A stretch of DNA of 64,000 nt. Source: Bacillota bacterium (GTDB taxonomy: Bacteria > Bacillota_I > Bacilli_A > ML615J-28 > CAG-313). Below the pieces are notes generated by a model. The model saw nothing but the letters and a program-made list of their open reading frames with translations. It was not told the origin of the DNA and did not search any database. The stretch is from assembly GCA_963648435.1 (NCBI GenBank), contig CAVJDT010000001.1, positions 28,524-92,523 of the forward strand. Reading direction: 5' to 3'. Positions 19,449 to 30,052 of this stretch are shown here, piece by piece. Every line of letters begins with the position of its first letter. Positions within the stretch are counted from its first letter, which is position 1. The position numbers and the translations under genes were made by a program.

Positions 19449-20223
19449 TAAAAATTATCGATGCGAACTAAAAGCTGAAGATATTATCGCAAGAACTGAT
19501 TACTTCAATAAACCTATAACAGTAGAATCTGAAGTAATGGTTTGTAATAGTGATTCAGCTAATTTAGAAGAATCTCTTAATGTAGGTACAGCTCTTCAAA
19601 CAGAAAATCAAATCAATTCGACTCAAATAATTGCTTGTGAGAATGAACTAGATAGTAAAAAATCAAAAGAAGAAACAAAGCAAAGTGAAATTAAAGAACC
19701 AAAAAATAAATTCTTATTTTATCAAAGAGCATTTCGTTCAGCTATTCTTGTTACGACTATGTTAATAATTGTTATTTCAGTACTCGCAGTAAATGTATCA
19801 AAACTAAATGATGAAAAAAAGCTTTGGAACGATAAAATAGATTCTCAAATTACATACAATGTGTTATCTAATAGTGAATTAAAATATATGCATGAAAATG
19901 CTGATCGAATATATGAACATTGTGTTTTTGAAGTAATGCTTAATGAGCATGCTAAATTGATGATTTATAACGGAACGGTTTATCTTGATCATCAAAAATC
20001 AAATAAGATTTATTTTTATAAAGTTGTAGACTCATGTGAAAATATCAATGGGTTAACCTTACAGTGCAATGAAAGAATTATAAATGTGACAAATGATAAT
20101 GCCTTTGGTATTTTAACTGTTATAAATTCTAGTAATAGTGCACCGTATGATAGTTTTGAAATTATAGCTAGTTATGGTAGTACTAGTGTTAAGTATCAAG
20201 TTTGTGTACCAACTAGTTTGTAG
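19408..20223 (+). CDS. Putative anti-sigma factor (single-pass membrane protein) overlapping the sigma factor gene
   Basis: Overlaps the 3' end of the sigma gene. It has a roughly 100-aa cytoplasmic N-terminus, one TM (AILVTTMLIIVISVLAV) and a C-terminal extracytoplasmic domain. There is no sequence similarity claim, so the call rests on positional and topological logic. Confidence 0.45.
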   Translation: MKKTLEQIIQEDFDKNYRCELKAEDIIARTDYFNKPITVESEVMVCNSDSANLEESLNVGTALQTENQINSTQIIACENELDSKKSKEETKQSEIKEPKNKFLFYQRAFRSAILVTTMLIIVISVLAVNVSKLNDEKKLWNDKIDSQITYNVLSNSELKYMHENADRIYEHCVFEVMLNEHAKLMIYNGTVYLDHQKSNKIYFYKVVDSCENINGLTLQCNERIINVTNDNAFGILTVINSSNSAPYDSFEIIASYGSTSVKYQVCVPTSL

Positions 20224-20258
20224 AATTACTTGTTTAGGGACACTTAAATACTAACACT

Positions 20259-21929
20259 ATGAGAAAAATACACAACATAATTTTAATTACTATTATAACT
20301 TTAGGTATAATTGCCTTAAATGATTACCATATTAAAAATGAAAAAATAATATATGAATTAAACAGTGAATACCAGCCCAAATCTCTAAAGGAGGGGTTAG
20401 AGATGAGCTCTACCTTAGAAAAGGTATCAGTGGTAGCTCAGTTTAATTATGAAAAATTTATTTATAATAATTCTCTTTCCGATGATGCCACAATGGAAGA
20501 GGTCAATGCGTATCGAGATGCTAAAAGAGCAGCAGGTAGGGCCTATCACAGTGTATTAAACCGAAGAATAGCATCAACATTATCAGTTAAGGGGTATGAT
20601 ACTGTTTTTGTTAGTTCTTTACTTCCATTTATAGAGTACACTTTTAGCCAAACTGAATACGCAAAAAATCAAGAAGAAGTATTAGCCAAATTAACATCAC
20701 ACCGCGAGGTGTCAAATGTTATTATCAAAAGCGCTGTAAATAATCAACAAGAAAAATTCCAGTTAGCAATTGGGGAAGCAAACGCTGGAGAAATTTATGA
20801 CAGTCGTTCATACACAGGGGATGGTGTAACTGTCGGCGTACTTGAAGTTGGTATAATTAATGCTTCTCATACGAATATGCAAGGGCATTCCATCACATAT
20901 TATGATCAACCAGGCTTCACTGAAGAAGTAACTGACCATGCGACAATCTGTGCTAGTTTAATAGGGGGAAATATTGGCATGGCGCCTGATGTAACGTTCT
21001 TAAGTTCCGGTCTTAAGACAAATAATCTTTATGGGGAAGTTGAATGGATGGTTAATAATGGGGCTGATATTATTAATATGTCATTTGGTGAAATAACACC
21101 AACTGGAATATATGACTCAAATTCTGCTTATGTTGATAATATGGTTAAAACATATGATGTTATTTGTGTCGCAGCTGTTGGTAATGATGGTGCTGAAAGC
21201 GGTAAGGTTTGTAATCCTGCTCTTGGCTATAATGTAATTGGGGTTGGGGCAACAGATACTACAGGAGCTCAACTTGGATCTTCTTCAACACAAGTAGTAG
21301 AGGGACCAAGTAAACCAACCATTGGAGCTCCTGGTTACTGTTTGACCATTGAAAATTGTGGTATTGGATATTATGGTACCAGTTTTGCTTGTGCTTTTAC
21401 ATCGGGTATGATTGCTACCTTATTGGAAGCTCATCCAGCTCTTAAAACAAAGCCTGAGATGGTACTAGCTATGATTACTGCTAATGCTAGTTATATTAGT
21501 GGTTATGACAAAACTAAAGCAAATGGTTTTAACAAATATTTAGGAGCAGGACGAATTAATCTTGGAAAAACTGTTGAAAATTATAACCGAATATGGAGCT
21601 TTCAAAATTCCGGTGGTTATGATGGAAGTCTTGTATATCACTTTTCCGCATATATGATGGAAGGTGTAACTTTACAAGCGGCCTTTGCATGGCTTGCCAC
21701 CGCAAACGTATCAAATCACCAAGCATCCTTCAGTAAATATGAAGCCCAAATTGTTCGTCGTAGTGATGGCGTAGTATGTGCTGTTGCAAATTCCACGGGG
21801 GATAACATTCAATTTTTACGCTATATTACGGATAAAGAAGATTTCTATGATATGCGTATTTATCAAAAATGTGGAAGCATTAGTACTTCAAATCCTGATA
21901 AACTAGCCTTTGCTTATCGTATGAACTAA
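20259..21929 (+). CDS. Secreted subtilisin-like (S8) peptidase homolog with Glu in place of the catalytic Asp
   Basis: Signal/TM at the N-terminus. YTGDGVTVGVLEVGIINASH aligns to the subtilisin YTGSNVKVAVIDSGIDSSH block with D32 replaced by E. His motif DHATICAS; Ser motif GTSFACAFTSG. Confidence 0.7.
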   Translation: MRKIHNIILITIITLGIIALNDYHIKNEKIIYELNSEYQPKSLKEGLEMSSTLEKVSVVAQFNYEKFIYNNSLSDDATMEEVNAYRDAKRAAGRAYHSVLNRRIASTLSVKGYDTVFVSSLLPFIEYTFSQTEYAKNQEEVLAKLTSHREVSNVIIKSAVNNQQEKFQLAIGEANAGEIYDSRSYTGDGVTVGVLEVGIINASHTNMQGHSITYYDQPGFTEEVTDHATICASLIGGNIGMAPDVTFLSSGLKTNNLYGEVEWMVNNGADIINMSFGEITPTGIYDSNSAYVDNMVKTYDVICVAAVGNDGAESGKVCNPALGYNVIGVGATDTTGAQLGSSSTQVVEGPSKPTIGAPGYCLTIENCGIGYYGTSFACAFTSGMIATLLEAHPALKTKPEMVLAMITANASYISGYDKTKANGFNKYLGAGRINLGKTVENYNRIWSFQNSGGYDGSLVYHFSAYMMEGVTLQAAFAWLATANVSNHQASFSKYEAQIVRRSDGVVCAVANSTGDNIQFLRYITDKEDFYDMRIYQKCGSISTSNPDKLAFAYRMN

Positions 21930-22119
21930 TAATTATTTTTTATTTCATTCTATATAAAAAACATGAGTTAATTTTTATAAGTTAACTTGTGTTTTTTCTC
22001 TATAAAGCATAAGCAAAACCTGAATTGTGCTTTCTAAACAGTAAAAAATGCAATTTAATTGATTAAGCATTGTTAAACTGTTTAGTATTTGCTATAATAG
22101 TTGAAGAAGGGGGTATCTT

Positions 22120-23541
22120 ATGAATACTACAACTTGTTTATCGTTTATTATTGTAGCGATGATAATTGTTGCTTTTTTATGGATTGATAAAAATAATGTT
22201 GTTAATAAAATAGTTAAAGTTTTAGGCATTACTTATGTGGTTCTTACCTTTGTTACAATTTTTCTTCCTGATGGTTTAATTAAAAGTGTTTCAGACCCTT
22301 CTGAATTAGTAGGAGCTAATAAGTGGTGTTGCGTACTTAGAATTATGCTTGCAATTAACCCCGTTATAATAACTATTGTAAGTTTTTTTAAAAGTAGGAC
22401 TTTTAAAAATATTGCCATTTACTGGACACTACCTTGGACATTTATTTCCATTTTCTTTTATAATGAGTATATGGAGTGTTTTTTAAGCCCTAATGGAAGA
22501 GGATTATATCAAACAAGGGGGATACCAGAAGCATTAAAAACTTTAATGATGAATGAAACATTTAGAGGAATTATTTTTTGTATCCAGTGGATATTAGTTG
22601 TAAGTATATGCTTAAAGCTTCTTTTGATTGATAAACATGTATTTAAAATTAATGATTACCGTGAAATCTTAAGATTTGGAATTGTCCTTATTTTACTATT
22701 AATCCAAATGATGCCAATTTATATACCACAACTTTTAGCAGAAGGTTTTGGACCTTTCTTATTTGAGCGATTTAGTCCTTTGCATTTTGTTTGGATATTT
22801 TATTTAGTTGGAAAAATTATAGTATTATGGTTACTATTTAGAAATAAAAGTGAAGAAGACAAATATCTTTTATGTATAGTCTTAGCTCTTTCCGTAATGT
22901 TTCAATATAATTCAATGTTTTCACTAACCATAAATATTAAACGTTTACCATTACAACTATGTAATTTAGCATCATATTTAATGCTTATAGCTTTAATTAT
23001 GAAAAATCGTTTTATATTTAATTTCAACTTTTTGGTTAATATGGTAGGAGCAGTAATTGCCCTTTTAGTTCCTGATGTTAATGGTCGTAATATTTTTGAA
23101 GTTTGGAATCTTCATTTTATTTATGAACATACAAATGTTGTTGTAGTACCAATCCTTGCTTTATTATTTGGTCTTTTTCCTAAAATTGATAAGGTAGCAT
23201 ACTGTGATGCGATAATTGGTTTTAGTGGTTATTTTGTGGTGGTTTTAATATTAGGAATTATTTTTAATAATCTTGCGATTAAACTAGATAATAGTGATTT
23301 TGAAGCAAATTATTTATTTATGTTTGATCCTGAGGTGGCATGTGGAACTTTACCATTTTTAAAGTCATTTATAAAGGTAAGCTTAGTTATAAAGAATGCA
23401 ACGATTTATCCACTTTTAATGTTGTTTGTTTATTTTGGTTACTTACTAATTATAAGTTTAGTATTTCTACCATTTGGAATTTCTACAATTGTTAAAAATA
23501 AAAAGGTAAAACTAGCATCACTTGATATGCTTAAAATTTGA
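22120..23541 (+). CDS. Polytopic integral membrane protein (LPLQLC motif, possible internal duplication), hypothetical
   Basis: 473 aa with at least 12 TM helices. The LPLQLCNLASYL motif resembles YwaF/TMEM164-like intramembrane proteins. Confidence 0.4.
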   Translation: MNTTTCLSFIIVAMIIVAFLWIDKNNVVNKIVKVLGITYVVLTFVTIFLPDGLIKSVSDPSELVGANKWCCVLRIMLAINPVIITIVSFFKSRTFKNIAIYWTLPWTFISIFFYNEYMECFLSPNGRGLYQTRGIPEALKTLMMNETFRGIIFCIQWILVVSICLKLLLIDKHVFKINDYREILRFGIVLILLLIQMMPIYIPQLLAEGFGPFLFERFSPLHFVWIFYLVGKIIVLWLLFRNKSEEDKYLLCIVLALSVMFQYNSMFSLTINIKRLPLQLCNLASYLMLIALIMKNRFIFNFNFLVNMVGAVIALLVPDVNGRNIFEVWNLHFIYEHTNVVVVPILALLFGLFPKIDKVAYCDAIIGFSGYFVVVLILGIIFNNLAIKLDNSDFEANYLFMFDPEVACGTLPFLKSFIKVSLVIKNATIYPLLMLFVYFGYLLIISLVFLPFGISTIVKNKKVKLASLDMLKI

Positions 23542-23567
23542 TAGGAAAGTAGAAAAAACTAAAAAAT

Positions 23568-23599
23568 GAGGTTAATCATGATGGTTAACTTCTTTTCTT
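23568..23599 (+). terminator. Rho-independent terminator
   Basis: gaggttaa-tcatgatgg-ttaacttc hairpin followed by ttttctt. Confidence 0.5.
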
Positions 23600-23644
23600 A
23601 TGTCGACAATTTATAAATATTTGTTGGATAACTAATCGCTTTAA

Positions 23645-23674
23645 CTTGCAAAATTAATTAAAATTTAGTATAAT
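23645..23674 (+). promoter_or_regulatory. sigma70 promoter (TTGCAA-18-TATAAT) for the V-ATPase operon
   Basis: aacttgcaaaattaattaaaatttagtataat; it shares the aacttgcaaaa -35 context with the hyd promoter. Confidence 0.6.
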
Positions 23675-23709
23675 ATTAAAGTAAGCAAAAACTAAAAGGT
23701 GGTGAGATA

Positions 23710-24018
23710 ATGACAATACTAGAAAAGATTAATGAAACTGAACAAAAAGCTGAATCCATAAAACTTGAAGCCAAACAAGAAGTTAGTGAAATGCTTGATA
23801 AAGTTAATAAAAAAAATCTTTTAACATCAGAAGAAATGATGAATGATGTAAAAAAACAAGTTCAAAAAATGTATGAAGAAAATGATAATATCATTAAAGA
23901 ACTAGTCGCTACATCAGTTAAAGAAAATGAAGAAATTAACGCAGAAAATCAAAATCTTGCAAAAATCCACCTTAATGAAACCATTGATTTCATTATGAAG
24001 AAGGTGATAGACTCATGA
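23710..24018 (+). CDS. V/A-type ATPase small peripheral stalk subunit (G/H-like), first gene of the ntp operon
   Basis: 102-aa charged coiled-coil protein in the position of E. hirae NtpF; its stop overlaps the next gene. Confidence 0.55.
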   Translation: MTILEKINETEQKAESIKLEAKQEVSEMLDKVNKKNLLTSEEMMNDVKKQVQKMYEENDNIIKELVATSVKENEEINAENQNLAKIHLNETIDFIMKKVIDS

Positions 24019-25892
24019 TTGTAAAAATGAAAAAAGCTAAGATCGTTATTTTAAAAGATGATTATGAGAAAGTCATTAAGTCACTTCAAAAATATGGTGT
24101 TATTATGATAATCAACAAAGAAGATGGCGAATCATCTACTTCAACAAATCTTAACATAGCACTACACGATAAAGTTGAAGAAACCATTAAGTATGCGGGG
24201 AAATACCAAAAGAAAAAAAGCTTATTTGGAGACTATCAAATCGTTAGTTATAAAGATTTTGTGAATATATCACAAAAGACTATTGATGAAGTTAGTAAAA
24301 TAGAAAATTATCAAAATGATCTTAGTGAAGTAAAACAACAAATTAAAGAAATTACTGATGAAATTGAATCATTGATGGTTTGGAATGAACTTGATATGGT
24401 TCCAAGTCAAATTAAAAATACTAAAAATGCCATTTTTAATATTGGGACTATTCCTACTAGATATGTTGAAAAATTAAAACAAGATGATGAAATCAGTAAT
24501 TTTGAAACTGTTATTCTTCCATCATATAAAAACACAAGTGGCGTAATTGTGGTTTGTTATATTGATGATGAAAAAGAACTAAAAGATGCCTTAAGTCGGT
24601 ATGAATTTAATGATTATAAATTACCACCACTTGATGTTATGGTTAAAACCTACATTGAAACGTTAAAAAAACAAATTGAAAACAAAGAAAAAGAGAGTGA
24701 GGAAATCACGGAAAAATTAAAAGTTCTTTCAAATAATATTGAAGAATTTAAAGTTTTGAGTGATCAAATCCTAACACAAGAACAAGTTGATAATGTTAAG
24801 TATGAAAAAACTATTGAAACCATTGTAATTGAAGGTTGGGTTAGAATAGATACTTTAGAAGAAGTTGAAAAGGCAGTAAAAGAACAAACTGAGTACTATG
24901 ATATTGAGTTTAGTGACCCAACTGATGATGAAGTTGTACCAACATATACTAAAAATAAAAAATTTGTTAGTCAATTTGAAACTATCACGGATATGTTTTC
25001 CAAGCCTAATAGTAAAGAATTAGACCCTAATCCGGTTATGTCAGTATGGTACTGGTTTTTATTTGGAATGATGATGGGTGATGCAGGATATGGTCTAATG
25101 ATGATTGTATTTTGTTTAATCCTTAAAAAATTAATGAAACCAAAAGGAAATACGTTAAAACTAATGAATATTATTATGTATTCAGGAGTTCCTACCATCT
25201 TTTGGGGAATTATGTTTGGTAGTTATTTTGGCTTTAATCCCCAAACGGATTTAGGAATAAATATTTGGTATTGGTTTAATCCAATGGAAGACCCAATAAA
25301 AATGTTACTAGTATCTGTGGCGATTGGTGCTCTTCATTTAATTACCGGACTTGTGGTAAAAATGATTGAAAACATTAAAAATGGAAATATCATTGATATG
25401 CTTGCTAAAAATGTAAGTTGGATTTTAATCCTTGTAGGAATAGGAGCATATTTCCTAAACAATATGGTAGGCATAGTAATGGTAGGCTTAGGAGTTTTAT
25501 TAATTATTCTTTTTGCGGGGCATACCAAAAAATCAATTTTGGGAAAAGCTCTTGGGGGAATCCTAGGCTTATATGATGTAACATCCTATATGGGTGATTT
25601 ACTATCATATTCAAGAATTATGGCCCTTGCAATGTCAAGTGCAGCGGTTGCGGTTGTAATGAATACACTTGCCCAAATGGTTGGGGGAAGTGTCATCGGT
25701 ATGATTTTCGCTGCGATTATTTTTATCGTAGGACATGTATTTAACTTAGTATTAGGACTACTTTCAGCTTATGTACATGATAGTAGACTTCAATACATTG
25801 AGTTTTATGGTAAATTCTATGAAGGTGGCGGTGTTGATTTTAGACCGTTATCAATTGAAACTAAATATATAAAAGAAATAAAAGAAGAATAG
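24015..25892 (+). CDS. ntpI: V-type ATPase subunit I (a subunit)
   Basis: 625 aa; soluble coiled N-terminal half plus C-terminal 7-8 TM helices; operon context. Confidence 0.8.
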   Translation: MIVKMKKAKIVILKDDYEKVIKSLQKYGVIMIINKEDGESSTSTNLNIALHDKVEETIKYAGKYQKKKSLFGDYQIVSYKDFVNISQKTIDEVSKIENYQNDLSEVKQQIKEITDEIESLMVWNELDMVPSQIKNTKNAIFNIGTIPTRYVEKLKQDDEISNFETVILPSYKNTSGVIVVCYIDDEKELKDALSRYEFNDYKLPPLDVMVKTYIETLKKQIENKEKESEEITEKLKVLSNNIEEFKVLSDQILTQEQVDNVKYEKTIETIVIEGWVRIDTLEEVEKAVKEQTEYYDIEFSDPTDDEVVPTYTKNKKFVSQFETITDMFSKPNSKELDPNPVMSVWYWFLFGMMMGDAGYGLMMIVFCLILKKLMKPKGNTLKLMNIIMYSGVPTIFWGIMFGSYFGFNPQTDLGINIWYWFNPMEDPIKMLLVSVAIGALHLITGLVVKMIENIKNGNIIDMLAKNVSWILILVGIGAYFLNNMVGIVMVGLGVLLIILFAGHTKKSILGKALGGILGLYDVTSYMGDLLSYSRIMALAMSSAAVAVVMNTLAQMVGGSVIGMIFAAIIFIVGHVFNLVLGLLSAYVHDSRLQYIEFYGKFYEGGGVDFRPLSIETKYIKEIKEE

Positions 25893-25903
25893 GAGAAGAA
25901 AAA

Positions 25904-26383
25904 ATGACAAATGGAACAATTATTGCTCTTATAGGAGCAGCACTCGGAACAATTTTGCCTGGTATTGGCTCAGTACTTGGTGTACAAATGTGTGGTAAGG
26001 CCGCTGCTGGCGTTACTTCAGAAAAGCCTGAATTATTTGGTAAATTATTAGTACTTCAAATTTTACCTGGTACGCAAGGCTTATATGGATTCTTAACAAC
26101 TTTCTTATTTATGATTCAAGTTGGATTATTAGGCGGAGATACTGCTACTGCCTTTACTTTATCCACAACTCAAGGTTGGGCATACTTTATTGTATTTATG
26201 CCAATTGCTATTAATGGTTTAATTTCCGCAATCTTCCAAGGCAAAGTTGCAACATCAGGTATTATCATGACAGCTAAACAACCTGAAGCATCAGGTAAAG
26301 GTATTACAATGGCAGTACTTGTTGAAACTTACGCGATCCTTTCCCTAATTGTAAGTATAATGCTAATTTTCTCATTAAAATAG
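25904..26383 (+). CDS. ntpK: V-type ATPase proteolipid subunit K (c subunit)
   Basis: 159 aa, 4 TM helices, Gly/Ala-rich. Confidence 0.8.
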   Translation: MTNGTIIALIGAALGTILPGIGSVLGVQMCGKAAAGVTSEKPELFGKLLVLQILPGTQGLYGFLTTFLFMIQVGLLGGDTATAFTLSTTQGWAYFIVFMPIAINGLISAIFQGKVATSGIIMTAKQPEASGKGITMAVLVETYAILSLIVSIMLIFSLK

Positions 26384-27001
26384 GTGAATAACGTGAGTAA
26401 TAGTTCAGTATATGATAAAATAATTGCCAATGCTTTAGATGAAGCATCAAGAATAAAAGAAGAAGGCAACCTTAAAGCAAGTAATATGACTGAACAAGTT
26501 ATGAATGAAACAAATGAAAAAATTAAACAAGTAATTAGTGATGCAAAGTTAAAATGTGATGATGCGATAAAAACTAAAAAAGCTGAACTTGAACAAGCAA
26601 AAAAACAAAATGCTTTAGCAAGTCAAAAAGCCATCATCAGTGATACCTTTAATGAAGTATTAAATCGACTTTGTACAATGAATAATGAGGACTTAGTTAA
26701 GTTTGTAACAACTAGTTTAAAAAGAGTAAAACTTGAAGGTTATGAAGAAATAATGGTAAATGAAAAAGATTATATTAAATATCAACAATTATTTTCCAAT
26801 AATCATAATAATAACTTAGATAAATTATTAAATAATCAATATCATTTAACTCTTAGTACGACGAAAGCAAATATTAAAGGTGGCTTTATTATTGCTAGTA
26901 AATACTATGATATTGACAATTCATATGAAGTTTTATTAGAAGAATTAAAAACCAAACTAGAACCTTTAATTGCAAAAAAGTTGTTTAGTAAAGGAGAATA
27001 A
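26384..27001 (+). CDS. ntpE: V-type ATPase subunit E
   Basis: 205-aa coiled-coil N-terminus; operon position. Confidence 0.7.
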   Translation: MNNVSNSSVYDKIIANALDEASRIKEEGNLKASNMTEQVMNETNEKIKQVISDAKLKCDDAIKTKKAELEQAKKQNALASQKAIISDTFNEVLNRLCTMNNEDLVKFVTTSLKRVKLEGYEEIMVNEKDYIKYQQLFSNNHNNNLDKLLNNQYHLTLSTTKANIKGGFIIASKYYDIDNSYEVLLEELKTKLEPLIAKKLFSKGE

Positions 27002-27002
27002 T

Positions 27003-27923
27003 ATGAATTATCCTTATGCTAGTGGAACAATAAAAGCTTTAGAAACCAAAGTTCTTGATCGAAATAAATTACTTGTACTTGCCAAATATGACAAGACAGA
27101 ATTTGTGAAAGTATTACTTGCCATGAATTATGGAAGTGAGGGCACAACTTTAGAAGAAGTAATTACCTCAGAACAACAAAGAGTAAGAACTCTAATTGAT
27201 AGCATCACCCCAAGTAAAGAAGATACGGATCTTTTCTACTTAGTAAATGATGCTCAAAATTTAAAATTAATATACAAAATCAAAAAATATGATTTAAATC
27301 GTTTAGATTTAATTAATGATAATGGCACTATTAAAAAAGAAGAATTAATTGACGCGGTTAACAATCATCAATTTAATAATCTTACCAAAAACAAGAAAGA
27401 CTTAATTAAAATGCTAGATGAAAAAATAGAAAAAGCAAGTAATCCTAAAATATTAAGTGCAATAATTGATAATACGATTTATAACTATGCTTTAAAGAAA
27501 ACAAAAAATCATATTTTAAGAAAATACCTTACCATCAAAATTGATGTAACTAATGTTATTTCCATGATGAGATCAAAAAACTTGAACTGGGATTATCCTG
27601 AATATGAGGGTATGATTATTGATGGTGGAAATATAACAAAAGATAAATTACAAAGCATATATGGATTAGATAGTGAGAAAAGAATAAAAGCACTTGAACC
27701 ATATTATGAAGGATGCTTAGCAAAAACCTTAAAAGATGTTGAAAGTATTGCAAATATTGAAATCTTATTTGACCGTTTTATTATTAGTGAAATGGCTAAA
27801 TATAAGGATGACCCATTTACAATTGGACCAATGATTTACTATTATTTGTTGAAACTTTCTGAAGCACAAAATATTAGACTAATATATTCTAATAAAAATA
27901 TTGAATTAAAAAATTTAATCTAG
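27003..27923 (+). CDS. ntpC: V-type ATPase subunit C (d subunit)
   Basis: ATG at 27003 after aaaggagaataat; about 306 aa; operon position between E and F. Confidence 0.7.
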   Translation: MNYPYASGTIKALETKVLDRNKLLVLAKYDKTEFVKVLLAMNYGSEGTTLEEVITSEQQRVRTLIDSITPSKEDTDLFYLVNDAQNLKLIYKIKKYDLNRLDLINDNGTIKKEELIDAVNNHQFNNLTKNKKDLIKMLDEKIEKASNPKILSAIIDNTIYNYALKKTKNHILRKYLTIKIDVTNVISMMRSKNLNWDYPEYEGMIIDGGNITKDKLQSIYGLDSEKRIKALEPYYEGCLAKTLKDVESIANIEILFDRFIISEMAKYKDDPFTIGPMIYYYLLKLSEAQNIRLIYSNKNIELKNLI

Positions 27924-27930
27924 AAAGTAG

Positions 27931-28257
27931 GTGAAGAGGATGAGTGAAAATGTGACCATCGCTGCGATAGGCACTGATGAATCAATAACTATTTATAACG
28001 CTGTAGGTTTTAAAACATATTTTTCAAATAATGTTGAAGATATTGATAAAGAAATCTTTAGGCTTTATAAAGCAGGTTGTAAGATTATATTTGTTACAGA
28101 ACAAGTATATGAAAGCATTACCGAAACTTTAGAAAAGTATAGTCAAATGACTTATCCTATTATCTTACCACTTCCCCTAGATAATGTTAATAGCGGAATT
28201 GGCATGAAAAAAGTAAGAAAAAATGTTGAAAAAGCTATTGGCATTGATATATTTTAG
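27931..28257 (+). CDS. V-type ATPase subunit F
   Basis: 108 aa, immediately upstream of the catalytic A subunit. Confidence 0.65.
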   Translation: MKRMSENVTIAAIGTDESITIYNAVGFKTYFSNNVEDIDKEIFRLYKAGCKIIFVTEQVYESITETLEKYSQMTYPIILPLPLDNVNSGIGMKKVRKNVEKAIGIDIF

Positions 28258-28270
28258 AAAGGGGTAAAAT

Positions 28271-30052
28271 ATGACAGAATTAGAAAACCAACAAATTGGT
28301 ATCATCTCGAAAGTTGCCGGCCCACTTGTTATTGCAAAAGGCATGAAAGATGTTCAAATGTATGACGTTGTTAAAGTTAGTAATAAAAAACTAATTGGGG
28401 AAATAATTGAACTAAGAGGTGATGTAGCCTCTATTCAAGTGTATGAAGAAACAGCTGGCCTTGGTCCTGGTGAACCAGTTTATTTTACCAATGAACCATT
28501 ATCAGTTGAACTTGGCCCCGGGTTAATTGAAGGTATTTATGACGGAATTGAGCGTCCCTTAAAAGTAATTAGTGATGCTTATGGTGATCGTATTCCTCTT
28601 GGGGTTGATGTTCCTAAATTAAACCGTGAAAAAGTATGGGAATTTAAACCAATTTTAAAAGTTGGTGATCAAGTAAATAGTGGTGATACTCTAGGAATAG
28701 TTCAAGAAACTAGCGTAGTTTTACATAAAATAATGGTGCCAATTGGCATTAGCGGATGTATCACTTGGATTCATCAAGGTGATGCTAGAATAACTGATGT
28801 AATTGTGAAAATCAAAACAACAACTGGTGAAATTAAAGAATTAAATATGATTCAAAAATGGCCTGTTCGAAAAGGGCGTCCTTATAAGAAAAAAATGGCA
28901 CCAACCGCTCCACTTATTACGGGACAAAGAGTAATTGACACATTCTTTCCGATTGCCCTTGGTGGGATTGCGGCGATACCAGGACCTTTTGGTAGCGGCA
29001 AAACCGTTGTTCAACATCAACTTGCAAAATGGGCAAATGCTGATATTATTGTTTATGTTGGTTGTGGTGAACGTGGCAATGAAATGACTGATGTATTACA
29101 AGAGTTTCCAGAATTAAAAGATCCAAAAACGGGTGAAAGCCTAATGAAAAGAACAGTTCTAATTGCAAATACTTCAAATATGCCGGTTGCGGCTCGTGAA
29201 GCTTCAATTTATACAGGTATTACAATTGCGGAATATTACCGTGATATGGGATATAATGTTGCAATAATGGCAGATTCAACATCTAGATGGGCTGAAGCAT
29301 TACGTGAAATGTCAGGTCGTTTAGAAGAAATGCCAGGTGAAGAAGGATATCCAGCTTACCTTTCTAGTCGACTTGCCGAGTTCTATGAAAGAGCCGGTTT
29401 AGTTAAATGCTTAGGTAGTGATAATGCCGAAGGTTCCATCACCGCAATCGGTGCAGTATCTCCTCCAGGGGGTGATACATCAGAACCAGTATCTCAAGCA
29501 ACTTTACGTATTGTTAAAGTATTCTGGGGCTTAAGTGCTAGCCTTGCATATCGCCGTCATTTCCCTGCTATTGACTGGTTAAAGAGTTATTCATTATATG
29601 ATATTAACAAATATTTTAATGAACATTTAGACCAAGACTGGAGTAAACAAGTAAGTAAAGCAATGGGACTTTTACAAGAAGAATCAAAACTAGAAGAAAT
29701 CGTAAGACTTGTTGGAGTTGATTCCCTTGAATATGGTGACCGTTTAACTTTAGATGCGGCTAGAAGCATTCGTGAAGACTATTTACATCAAATTGCTTTC
29801 CATGAAATAGATACTTACACTTCTTTAAAGAAACAATTTGGTATGTTAAAAGCTATTCTTAAATGGTATGAAGAAGGAGTTAATGCTTTAAAACACAATG
29901 TTTCATACTTTAAAATTATCAAGATGGATGCTCTTGTATCAATTGGTAGAATGAAATATATTCCTGAAAATGAATTTGATGAAAAAATACAAGCCTTATA
30001 TCATGAAATTGATAATGAATATGATGAATTAATGAAAGGAGAACAATTCTAA
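28271..30052 (+). CDS. ntpA: V-type ATPase catalytic subunit A
   Basis: Walker A GPFGSGKT; 593 aa with the non-homologous insert typical of A subunits. Confidence 0.9.
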   Translation: MTELENQQIGIISKVAGPLVIAKGMKDVQMYDVVKVSNKKLIGEIIELRGDVASIQVYEETAGLGPGEPVYFTNEPLSVELGPGLIEGIYDGIERPLKVISDAYGDRIPLGVDVPKLNREKVWEFKPILKVGDQVNSGDTLGIVQETSVVLHKIMVPIGISGCITWIHQGDARITDVIVKIKTTTGEIKELNMIQKWPVRKGRPYKKKMAPTAPLITGQRVIDTFFPIALGGIAAIPGPFGSGKTVVQHQLAKWANADIIVYVGCGERGNEMTDVLQEFPELKDPKTGESLMKRTVLIANTSNMPVAAREASIYTGITIAEYYRDMGYNVAIMADSTSRWAEALREMSGRLEEMPGEEGYPAYLSSRLAEFYERAGLVKCLGSDNAEGSITAIGAVSPPGGDTSEPVSQATLRIVKVFWGLSASLAYRRHFPAIDWLKSYSLYDINKYFNEHLDQDWSKQVSKAMGLLQEESKLEEIVRLVGVDSLEYGDRLTLDAARSIREDYLHQIAFHEIDTYTSLKKQFGMLKAILKWYEEGVNALKHNVSYFKIIKMDALVSIGRMKYIPENEFDEKIQALYHEIDNEYDELMKGEQF

